NCBI RefSeq assembly: GCF_006345805.1
Contig: NC_043004.1
Location: forward strand, 53,382,001-53,446,000
Source of the DNA: Octopus sinensis
Taxonomy: Eukaryota
Reading direction: 5' to 3'
DNA length: 64,000 nucleotides
Positions 49,912-64,000 of this stretch are shown in pieces. Every line of letters begins with the position of its first letter. Position 1 is the stretch's first letter. The notes under the pieces were generated by a model. That model was not told the DNA's origin, did not search any database, and saw only the letters and a program-made list of their open reading frames with translations. A program made the translations under genes and the position numbers.

Positions 49912-52024
49912 GTTACTTACTTGTGTCGAAAGTTTTGGCTTCCTCGTTCTCTGATGTGTCTTCGAGGAGGTTTTTATACAGTTTTTAGGACAGATATTTC
50001 TGGAAACCCCCTACAGCATTTGGGAAGAGGGCTTTGAGTTTGTGGTGTTGTGTTTGTGTGATGTGTAGTATTTTGATGTGTTTGGGTGGTGTAGTGCGTG
50101 GATGATTGCTATTTTTAAAGTCATCTTCACAAATGTTTGTGTATCCTGTGATGTACTCCATTAGTTTGGAGTCTTTGGTGTCTATCGCTGATAGCATTGT
50201 TTTTGTGGTGTTGGTGCTTGTTTTGTTGTGTATGGAGTTTTCAGGGTTCATGTATCTCCCTGCTTTGGTTGCGATTTCTTGTTTGGTTTTTCTTGATCTT
50301 TTTCTTTTACCCCCTGTGGCTATTTGCCATTCTGTCGAACTTTCATCGTTAGATGAAAGGTCTGACGAATCAGCAGGGGGCAAGGGTAAAGCGTCTGGGT
50401 GTGTTTGTGCGGTTGTAGATATTGTTGTGGTGCGCGGGGAGGGTGTTGCTGGGGGGGTTTGTTGTGGTTATTGTCTCTCCTACATTCTTGGTGCTTGTCT
50501 TCTTCGTTGTTATTCTTGGTGTTGGAATTGGTTTATTTGTTGTTGGTGGTGATGATTCTGTTCTTGGCGCTGGTGTTGGTGTTGTTTGGTTGGGTTGGCT
50601 TGTTCTTTGTTGTTTTTCCTGCATTTCCGCATACAGCTTCTTGACTAGCTGTCCATATTGTGGTGTGGGCAATAATGCTGGCTTTTGTGATTTTTCCTGT
50701 GGCTGTTGTTGTTGTTGTAATTTTGCGGCAGATTTGCACTCCTTTTTGAGATGTGCCTCACTCCCACATGTATAGCATCGTGGCCTTCTGCCCTCGACTA
50801 CTACGTATAACTTGCGGCCATTCTCAAGATGTACGTGGGTGGGGATTTTATTGATGTCGTCTTGACTTATGTGGAAGAGGAACTCTATTCTCTTTCCCAG
50901 CCAGTCCTTGTTTTTCGAAACACCGATATCTAGGATGTTTAAGTCCTCCATTTCGGATGTTAAGGCGGATGTTATCCACAGTGTTGTAGTCACTTGGAGG
51001 ACACCACTGATAATGACCTTCGTCACCTTCTGGCCGAGGTAACTCGGTGTCATCGTTAGTTCATCAGAATGAAGGGTTATCGTTGAGAATTTCTTCGCCA
51101 ACTCTTCATTCTGAAAAACCACCTGTACGTGGGCGAACTTGTTCGCCCAAGTCACATAATCCTTGTATCCCCAGATAGAGCGTAAGCACTTTTCTATTTT
51201 CTCTGTGCTTGCCTTTTCTGGACTTTTAGTTTTTTTATTTGTTATTTTATAGACAATTGTCTTCTTTTTTTCCTCATTCAGTATGTGTTGAGGTATGTGT
51301 AAGAGTATTTTTCCGTTTTCATTTGTAATAAGGTTTCTGCAATCTTTTATCTGTTGTGTAGTAAACGAAACTTTGTTACCTTTTTTATCGCCTCGGCGAA
51401 GTTTGTTGTTGTTTTGTTATTGTTGTTACTGCCGGTGGTGTTGGTGTTGATGGCAGGGGTGTGGGTTGTAGGTTTGTGGTTGCTGATTATGCAACTAGCA
51501 AGGGGTGGAAAATTGTCTTCGTAATTTAGTCCTGCATTAGCGCAAATTTCGGCATTTCGTTTGCTTGTCGTCGTTATTTTTTCACTTGTTGGTGATGGAG
51601 TGAGCAGTGGTTGAAGGGAATTGTTGTTGTCGTCGTCGTTGTTGTTGTTGTTGTTGTTGTTGTTATTGTCGTTCTTGGTGACGGCGGTGGTGTTAGTGGT
51701 ATTAGTAGCATTGACGGCACGGTCTTTGGTGGCGGTGATGGTGATGTTGGTATTGTTATTGGTGGCGATGTCTTTAGCAGGGATAGCAGTTTTAGTAGCA
51801 GATTCTGCCATGGTGTTGTTGTCGGTGTTGGTGGTGGACTCACTGATGGTGTTGACGGTGCTTGGCCTTGTGACCTTTGTTTTGTATTTGTTGCTGTTGT
51901 CGTTGTTGATGGTGGTGGAGGTGGTGTTGTTGTCAGGTTCAGCGTATGCTAACAGAGCATCCTGTTTTTCTGTCTCTGCGTTACGCTTGACTTGCACCTC
52001 AGCCTCGTGGTGACCAGTGGCCAT
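49912..52024 (-). pseudogene. Tx1-type ORF1 (Thr/Asn-rich N-terminus, central conserved domain, CCHC knuckle), frameshifted
   Basis: ORFs 51347-52024, 50370-51155, 49985-50383; CYTCGSEAHLKKEC; reading through TAA at 49985 extends the frame to ..KTFDTSK*. Confidence 0.85.
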
Positions 52025-52314
52025 TTTTGAAATTAAAATGGCTAAATGAAACCACGCAGGCTATGAGAATATTTTTTTTCTTAAATTTTGCCCGCAAGGG
52101 GCAAGATTTTGTGTAGATATTTATCAAAGATTTGCAGTGGATGTTGTTGCACAACTTTTAAACATAAAATATTTGTCAATATACACTTTTGAACGTATAA
52201 AAATACCAACTTACGTGGAGCCCATTTGACTTGCGTCTGTCTGTCCAGATAGATAGATAGATAGATAGACAGATAGATAGATAGATGATAGATAGATAGA
52301 AGATAGATAGATAT

Positions 52315-52347
<33 letters not shown>

Positions 52348-52352
52348 AGATG

Positions 52353-52403
<51 letters not shown>

Positions 52404-52462
52404 GGATAGATAGATGGATCGATAGATAGATAGATATAGATAGATAGATGGATAGATAGATA

Positions 52463-55491
<3,029 letters not shown>

Positions 55492-55549
55492 TACATACTT
55501 ACACACACACACATATATATATACACACACACACAAATATATACATATA

Positions 55550-55628
<79 letters not shown>

Positions 55629-56479
55629 CATATAAGATATATAACACGCTGATAGATAAGATAAAGATGCATTTTATTCTTCGTTTTCGGATTTTTCCTC
55701 TGCTCCCTCTCATCTCCGCTCTCCTAAAATCCTGCGTTTTCTTTATATCCATCTTCTTTATGACATCTGCTTCAGTCGCTTTTTCCTCTTTTTTTCATCT
55801 CCAACATGATCTAACCGTTTTCTCCCTTTTCTCATACTTTCTTTTCCATATATTCTGCTGTATTTGTCTCCTTCATATCCTGCTTTATAACTTCACAATT
55901 CCGCTGCATTCCAGCTCGGCATTTTCCGTTAAACGATTTTTTACCTTTTATATAAAAGGAAACATATGTTGCATAACCGTGGCCCTAGATACGAGGCATT
56001 TCATAAAGCGAGAGTACTGTGACTGGAATATCTTTCATCCTAACTTTGATCATTCAGATAACAACTATTCCATATTCTATAATTCACGTGTTCAAAGAAC
56101 GTACACATTTTGTGTGGTTATATGTTTAGTTCGCTCTTATAAGATAACGAGCTTGATCGTATGTATTTTACAGTCGAGCATGTCTTTTATATCTGGTTCG
56201 AGATGACCGATACCTAGTGAGTGTAATATGTGTCAAAATCCATTGAAACTATAACTGAAAGTTCCAGCATCGTCTAACAGGATGCCCTAGTTAAATTTAA
56301 CGATATTTCATGTCCCCTCTATTCAGGAAAATCTTATTGTATTGGTAAAAAGTCAACGGCATGAGAGAGTGTAAGGATTACATTTGAAGTTGAGAAAAAG
56401 TTTGAGTTACCAATATCATGATGAGTTATAGAGGGTATCAAACTGTTGACATCATGTCTGCTGCTCAATGTTCTGTTAA

Positions 56480-57010
56480 CACTGTAAAGTTTCATCGGAG
56501 ACTACGGAAACTTGGCCAGTAGGAATGGATACAGAAAGTTCTCTGACTGCATCCGCACGCCGGAGTATATTCCAAAAAATCTAAACAGGGCTTAGGCTCA
56601 ATTCAGACGGCTATGTGAAGTTTTGTGGGACCGTCGTCAATCCCTGACTAGAGAGGGGTTTCTTTTACCGGACCGTATGTGTAGCAGTAGGTTTTGGGTA
56701 CTGGCCACACTTCCCAGAAAGAGTGTAGAAGTGGTTGTCGGAGAAATTCTGCTTGACCAGACCTAAATTTTTGATAAGCAAATTCACCAACTTGTAATCT
56801 CATGGATTAGTATGTGTTGGACACAGTTGAATTAGACACTAAGCGCTCTACCTACAGCACCAAGACCGAGCTTGTTGCCAAGTCCAATGAGGTGTTGAAA
56901 GATCTTCCCAGGGACACACTAATAAACCCATTCACTAAGTTGCGGAGCCGTCTTGAGGCCGTGGCGGAAGCTGAGTGCCGCTACATTGAGTACACTATCT
57001 TCTAGCCATT
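56480..57010 (+). mobile_element. Degraded Tc1/mariner transposase C-terminal fragment, maT (DD37D)-like
   Basis: CNLMD*YVLDTVELDTKRSTYSTKTELVA..DLPRDT..RSRLEAVAEAE..YIE; catalytic spacing not countable because of frameshifts. Confidence 0.65.
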
Positions 57011-57708
57011 GTACAGTTGATGAATATTTTGAGTTTTTAAAATCCAGTTGTTTTGGATGTGATATTGGTTCATTTTGTATTTATGCTACCTGTTAAATGT
57101 AGACACCAAACACCCTATGTTACGATGATTCGGCCTGGTAAATATAGTATGGTTACACGCATTAATGAAATATAGTGTCACATAATGGCTAATCTAACGA
57201 TGACTAATTAAGAGCATGAAGGAGGCATTTCTTGGTTTAAACTGATGGAAATCCATTATCTGCTTATGCTTAATTGCATATCTTTAAGTATTTCCAAATA
57301 AGCCTTAATTATTTCCTACTGAAGTGATTCCCTTTACAAATGAAATGAGAAATTACAATCAAATTCAATAAATAATTGAAGATTATATGACATACTTCAT
57401 TCCATTCAATCAATTAAGCATACTTCACCAATGAAAGCATACAATAAAAATCCAAATGATGTGATACTCTTTCTTATAGTAAAAAGAAACATTCAGAAAA
57501 CGAGACACTTACAAAGCAAGTGGGTACCTTTCAAGACGTAGAGTATCAAGACACACCAAATGAGATGAGTAGAAACATACAAAGGTAAAAGAATATATAC
57601 ACAAGTGCACGACCAATATATATTGGTGAATATATATGTGTATATATCTTTCTTATAGACATACCATCCGAGTTTCACAAAACATATGATGTAGTCGGCA
57701 ATCTCTTC

Positions 57709-57818
<110 letters not shown>

Positions 57819-58074
57819 GGATATCCAGAGTTAATGCAGTATGATCGTTTCATGCAACTCCATTTAATTGAACAATGCAATCATTACATCAATTTAAAAT
57901 GACGAGCAATCTTCAGCTGCACAAAGACATAGTATTTAATTAAATTAGAACAGATGGACACATTAGTATAATAATAACCAAAATCTCCAAGAAGTTAAGG
58001 AGATAGACAAAGAACATGTACCTACAACAGCATAGCCGTTACGGCTATACATATACATACACACACACACACAC

Positions 58075-58150
<76 letters not shown>

Positions 58151-58729
58151 GTGAATGTATATGTATATGTAAATATATATATATAATATATGTGTGTGTG
58201 TGTGTATGTATATATATATATATATGTATGTATGTATGTATAATCCTTATTAAGTTTGACTGAGGATGCCAGAACACCTATATTCCTCAACATAAGGGTG
58301 AAAATACTCTTAATCCTGTAAGGGGAATGCCGAGTTTATACACACATGCTAACAGAAGGGACAACCGCCGCATGACCACCTCGAAAATCCCTTAGGATGT
58401 TTCTAATTACGTAAGGTAATAGGTGCCAGTTCTTTGCCTATTCCTACTTTCATTCTATTATACACACATATACACACACGTTATATATTATACGCATGCA
58501 TAAATATATGTAAACATGGCTACACTTTATACACACTCATATGTACACATGCGTACATATACATACACACACAAACATCCAGCACCCATACAGTCACACA
58601 TACACACATATACACATAGAGCTATAACCTGTGGCACATCATATTACCTCTCGTTCTGTTCACAATATGACAATTTAACAACCTGAATAGAAAATTAAGT
58701 TTAAACGCTGTATTATCGATGAAAATAAA

Positions 58730-58772
58730 TTGCTACTACTACTACTGATGTTGCTGTTAGTATTATTAATGA

Positions 58773-58808
<36 letters not shown>

Positions 58809-60080
58809 CATTATTATTATTATTAGTAGTAGTAGTAGTATTAGTAGTAGTAGTGGTGGTGGTGGTGGTGGTGGTGATAAAATATGAGAAACTAATCGTG
58901 ATATTGATTGTGGAAGTATTAGTAGCAACGGTGTCAGTGGTGTTGGTGTTGGTGTTGGTGGTAGTGTTAATAGTTGTGGTAGTAGTAGAGTAGCAAAGAG
59001 AGCTAAAAGGCTTGCTGCAATAAAATGGCTATTAAAAGAAGTATACAACAACAACAGCAACAACAACATCAATAACAATAATATCAAATACAAATAGCAG
59101 GAAAATAAAATACGAAGGAAAACAATAGCCACCCAAAAATTTATGAAATAATGACATTAATATTGACAAAAATGTAGATAAAGAAAGGACATGATGACCA
59201 CGATGATGATGATGAAGATGATGATGATGATGATGATGATGGTGATGGTGATGGTGATGATGATGATGATGATGATGATGGTGATGGTGATGATGATGAT
59301 GATGATGATGATGGTGATGGTGATGATGATAATGATGGTGATGACGACGACGGCGACGACGGTGGTGGTGGTGGCGGCAGCGCTAGTTTTCGTGGTGACG
59401 GTGGTTGTGGTGTTGATGGTGGAGGTGATGGCGGTGGCGGTGTTGATGTATGATGGTGGTGCTGTTGATTTGTGGTGGTGTTGGTGGTGGTGGTGGTGGT
59501 GTTTGGTTTTGGTGTTCATGTACGGTTGTTGTCATGGTGATGGTGATGGTGGTAATAGTGTTAATGAGGATGAGTCATGATAGTGGCAGTGGTGTTGGTG
59601 GTGGTGGTGGTGGTGGTGGTGGGGGTGGGGGTGATAATGCTCTTGTTGATAATAATCACCAGAGTTGTCATGATTAGATGACGAAGACGACGACGATGAT
59701 GGCGATGGTTATGACGGTGCTGCTGATGATGATGATCACCGCGGGCATAACAGTTCGGATAGTGATGAAGAAGATTACGAGGATGATGATGATGAGGAGG
59801 AGGAGGAGGAAGATCATCATCATCATCATCATCATGGTGATTCTGGTTATGAAGTCGATGGCGTGAGAAATGATTATGACAATAAGTATGATGTAGATGA
59901 TGATTATGATTACGATGGTGAGGGTGGCGGTGATGACGATGATGACGATTGTTGACGATGATGATGATGACGATGACGACGCAGATGATCATGATTGCGA
60001 GGATGGTGATGATGATGATGACGATGGTGAGGATGATGATGGTGATGATGATGATGATGAGGATGATGATTGATGATGAA
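58730..60080. repeat. Long mosaic of trinucleotide repeats (GAT, GGT, TAG, TAT, GAC)
   Basis: Direct reading. Confidence 0.95.
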
Positions 60081-60276
60081 GATGAAAACAAAATACAATT
60101 TAAAAGTAGACAAACGACAACAGCAACAAAAACAACAAGAAAACACAACTTTCAGCCAAATTAATGTCTTATCGCTCGATATGATATTGCAGTAAAATGA
60201 AGAAATTTTATGGTTAAAACAATAAAAAAGGACAAACTAAAACGTAAAAAAATAAGGTCAAATAATAGATTTTTGC

Positions 60277-60328
<52 letters not shown>

Positions 60329-60733
60329 TTAAAATTAAAGCATTTAACACAGAGAGAATATAAAAATAACTAAATATATTTTTTTTAAATCTACACATAT
60401 AACTAAAGAAAATTGTGAGACGCTTATTAAATCAATTAACAATAATAACTAGCAGTGAAAAGTTATGATTGAAAACTATATAAATCGTATTTCTATAAAG
60501 CATGCACTAATAGGCCTTAGCTATATTAAAGCGATATTGGAGGCCATTTTCTTTTGTTTGTGTCCTTTCATAGATTCGATAATGTTATCGCGCAACTTAC
60601 TTTTTTTACGTCGATTATTTTTCTTTATTTTATTTTGCTTTACTTAATTTTATTCACTTCTCTTTTGTAATTGTTTCCTTGCATTGCAATGTGTTGATAT
60701 TCTATGATAAAAATATTGCGTTTTATGCAACAA

Positions 60734-60804
<71 letters not shown>

Positions 60805-60805
<1 letters not shown>

Positions 60806-61561
60806 TCTGAGACAATACGAGGCAGTGGCTTTGCCCTGAAGTAGTACCAGGCAGTAGCTTCCCTTGAGGCAGTACCAGACAGTGGTTTGCATCGCTTCTT
60901 ATCATAACTGGCAGTGTTAACATGTGCATGCTTTGTACAAATAGGCTACAGCAAATATTCTGCTCAATATCACGGATTTGCTTGAGAAATGCGTTATCTT
61001 AAGCAATTGAAAAAGTCCCTTAGTAGCTGACAATAAGTGCTTGTCTGAACGAGCTGGAGTAGTTGGGGGAGCATTATAGCTGCGTGTTGAGAGTAATTCT
61101 TTGGGGTTTGAATAATTCATCTCTGAAAACGTGTTTCATTCATCAACTTTAACAACTCAGGGAACTTTTGAGTGGGATACCCAACTCGGCCTAAACAATT
61201 TTGCCCTGCAATATCATGCGCAGTTTATCGACATGAGATCAACCTATCGCGCACATGCGGTTGTGATGCCTGTGTCTTGTGTACCTCTATATATCTACAT
61301 TTATTGGTACCCAGTGTCTCTTTGATGATATGTACTGCTCTCTAATGATGATGATAATGATGATGATGATGATGATGCTAATAATAATACTAAATGCCTT
61401 AATGCAGTAATAGACAGTGGCTCTCGTGGCTTCTGATCTTAACTGACTGGGTGTCTTATCATGTACATTGTTTGTCTTGTTATAAAAGGTGGGCTATAAG
61501 AAATATACTGTTCAGTACCACAGATTTGGTTGTCAGTTGTTTGATTTTAACCAGATGAGCA
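60805..61561 (+). mobile_element. Two copies of the ~550-bp (TAA)n-embedded element (60805-61343 full; 61393-61561 5' part)
   Basis: Colinear with the reverse complement of 7484-8041. Confidence 0.8.
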
Positions 61562-63935
61562 GATGCATAGAGATGAATGCAGCACCAACAGCAGAAGTGG
61601 AAGAATTTTGAAAAGAAATGTGGTCGGCGAAGGAACAACATCAGCAAATATCTAACAAAGAACACAGCACCTGAACAACTCTGGACCCCTATAACTAGTG
61701 AAGAGATCACCCAGGAACTGCAAAAACTAAGCAACTGGAAGGCACCCGTGCACGACAAGATCCCCAAATTCTTGTTAAAATATCAAACAGGAACACACTA
61801 AAAAGCTGACTGAGAAATTAAAAATATTACTAGCAGACCCAGAGACAATGCCTGAATTGCTCACGGAAGGGAAAAGTATCTTAATTCCCAAATCCAATGA
61901 AACGGCAAGCCCACAAAATTACAGATTGATAACTTGCCTCCCTATATTTTAAAAAAGTCTTTGCGGAAATAATGTCGCAGAGAATGAGCAAACATCTGGG
62001 AGAATGCAACCTGCTGTCAGAAGAGCAGAAAGGATGCTGCAAGGGCTCACGCGGCTGTAAAGATCAGCTACATATCAATAAAGCCATAACTAAAGACAGA
62101 CGTAGAAAGAAAAGAGTCTAAGTGTGGCTTGGCTGGATTACCGAAAGGCTTTTGGTAGTATTCTCCACATATGGATCCTAGAAACACTAGCCATGAACAA
62201 GATAACACCAATAATCATAAAATATATAAAACGTTCCATTAATAAATGGCAGGCAGTGCTACAACTCCGGACAAATGAGGGACTCATAAAAACCAAAATC
62301 ATTCCCATTAGAAGAGGAATATTCCAAGGAGACACGGTCTCTCCATTCCTTTTCTACTTAGCACTGAGGCTTTTATCTGACATGCTAAACAGAACTGGAT
62401 GTGGATACAACTGTTACGGCAAAACAATCAGCCTACTCTTATATATGGATAACCTAAAACTGGAATCTAAATGAACTAATCAAAATAGACAGGAAAACAG
62501 GGAAAATAATGACAGAATTTAGGATGCACCACCCACAATCTGACTAAAGTAGAAAGGTTTTGTACACAACGTATCGCAGGTAGTAGAGGCCTTATATAGC
62601 TAGAAAACTATTACAAAACAACCACCGTAGGACTATGGAAATACTCACTTCAGAAGCAAGGAAAACTAATGGAAATAGCCACAAAGCACGAACAAAACAA
62701 AATACTGTTTTCAGTTTTTAAGGAAGCTCACAAATACAAAAAAGAAGTCATAGTACTTATGAAGAAAACGAAGAAACAGCAAAAGCTGTAAAACAATTGA
62801 AATCCAAACTAAAATCTGAACAGCAAGGGATCATCAAAAAACGAGGGCAAGAAAAGCCCCTTCATGGCAAATATTGGGTTAAACTAAACAGAAAAGAAAT
62901 AAACAAGGCAAAATTTCAACAATCGCTGAGAAACTCAGAACGCACATTGGAGACTGAACGATATTTAATTGCAGCACCGGATCAAAGCCTCCCCACCAGA
63001 AATTAGCAAAAATCATGTAATGAAAAGAAAAACATCATTTCATTCCCTCGGGAATAATACCAATGTTTCCTTCGAAACATATGTCGGAAGTATGAACATT
63101 GGAATAACACCTACGTTTAACTCCATTTCTTATTTTATCTACGTCATTCAAAGACATTTCACTAAGCCCTGGAACTTCTACCTTTATAAGTATTGGCACT
63201 TAAGCGAATTTTTGCTACCCTGGTAACTATTTACTTATTTTTTCCGTGTAATTTATACACATTGAAAAATACACATACATACATACATGCATACATACAT
63301 ACACACATATATATATATACACACACAAGTAACTTCAGGGTATGTGGAGATGGAAAAGAAACAATAAATTATATAGTCTATGGCCGCCCAGTCCTGGGTA
63401 AGTAGAATTATCTATATTCACGGACACATCAGTGTTGGGACCTAAATATACTGGAAGCTATGCCAAGAATATGGAATAAGAACAGAAATATATAGTATAG
63501 GTACACGCCAGAAAAGGTCACAGAAAATGAGAAAGCAACCGTTCTCTGGGATATGCCAATACACACAGATAGCGAAATTAAGGCTAATAGGCTGGATATA
63601 GTTACCAACAGATGACAATGTTCCTCTAAAAGAAACGGAGAAACTTTCAAAACAGAGGTAACTGGAATGTGGTCTAAAAACAGAAACAATTCCTATCATA
63701 GTAGGTGTATTAGGTATGATAAAAAATATTCAGACAAATGCATAACAAATACTCAAGGACTAACAAGTACATATAATATACATAAAATAGCACGAATAGG
63801 CACCGCACACACGCTACGTAAAACACTTTCAATACAGTGAAAATGAGAGCACCACAGCAAACCGCAGCACATACCCAAGGTACAGAGAGCTGCGTTCGGT
63901 AGTGCAGTGAAAACATGTGATAAAAATAAGACTAC
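61562..63935 (+). mobile_element. Degenerate R4/Dong-type LINE (subfamily C) with an insertion at ~63037-63325
   Basis: WKAPVHDKIP, AWLDYRKAF, RRGIFQGDTVSP, LLYMDNLKL, WDMPIHTDSEIKANRLDI; stops, frameshifts and an internal deletion. Confidence 0.85.
63037..63325 (+). mobile_element. Penelope-like pseudo-LTR insertion with a damaged hammerhead (63043-63090)
   Basis: TTCC-CTCGGGAATA..TTTCCTTC-GAAACATATGTC-GGAA; downstream CGTT.AACTCCATT.CTTA shared with ~29680; interrupts the LINE zinc-finger coding region. Confidence 0.7.
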
Positions 63936-64000
63936 TGAATAATGATGATGAGGAGGAGGAGGATTTTAACTTCTGGCACAAGACCAGCATATTCTGTAAG

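Larger units (their letters stand above)
46070..52246 (-). mobile_element. Full-length Tx1/L1-clade LINE inserted in a (GATA)n tract
   Basis: 5' UTR, ORF1, ORF2 (APE-RT-zinc finger), 3' UTR ending CTAATAAAGAAAC; (GATA)n on both flanks (45924-46069, 52248-52530). Confidence 0.92.

Noticed and set aside
55667-56206. 179-aa ORF
   Set aside because: F/I/S-rich composition typical of pyrimidine-rich non-coding DNA; no recognisable motif or supported splice structure.
58260-58310. CTGAGGA...GAAA hammerhead-like spacing
   Set aside because: No stem II closing pair, no stem III and no NUH followed by stem I.

Overview
Eukaryotic, AT-rich, microsatellite-saturated DNA. The SINE, R4/Dong, Tx1, mariner and Penelope repertoire is what I would expect of a cephalopod (Octopus-like) genome; this is inference, no search was run. 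I cannot support any intact host protein-coding gene, and nearly all long ORFs in the track are microsatellite translations or transposon remnants. Contents: (1) an apparently full-length Tx1/L1-clade LINE (46070-52246, -) embedded in (GATA)n; (2) a 2.4-kb 5'-complete relative encoding only ORF1 (2386-4822, -) with a perfect 15-bp TSD inside a SINE; (3) several R4/Dong-type RLE LINEs stacked in (TAA)n tracts, plus a ~550-bp non-coding (TAA)n-embedded element; (4) five Tc1/mariner remnants (DD34D x3, DD41D, maT-like); (5) many Penelope-type pseudo-LTR remnants with minimal hammerhead ribozyme motifs, one with an intact core (29571-29653); (6) tRNA-derived SINEs, a foldback and microsatellite-bounded tandem duplications. 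Best candidate for an undescribed system: the two Tx1-type elements carry spliceosomal-looking donors and acceptors (5' leader intron, a donor at the end of ORF1, an acceptor before ORF2, a shared 3' acceptor-like motif). These could give separate ORF1 and ORF2 mRNAs and an ORF1-only mobile partner. This is a hypothesis from motifs, not a demonstrated fact.
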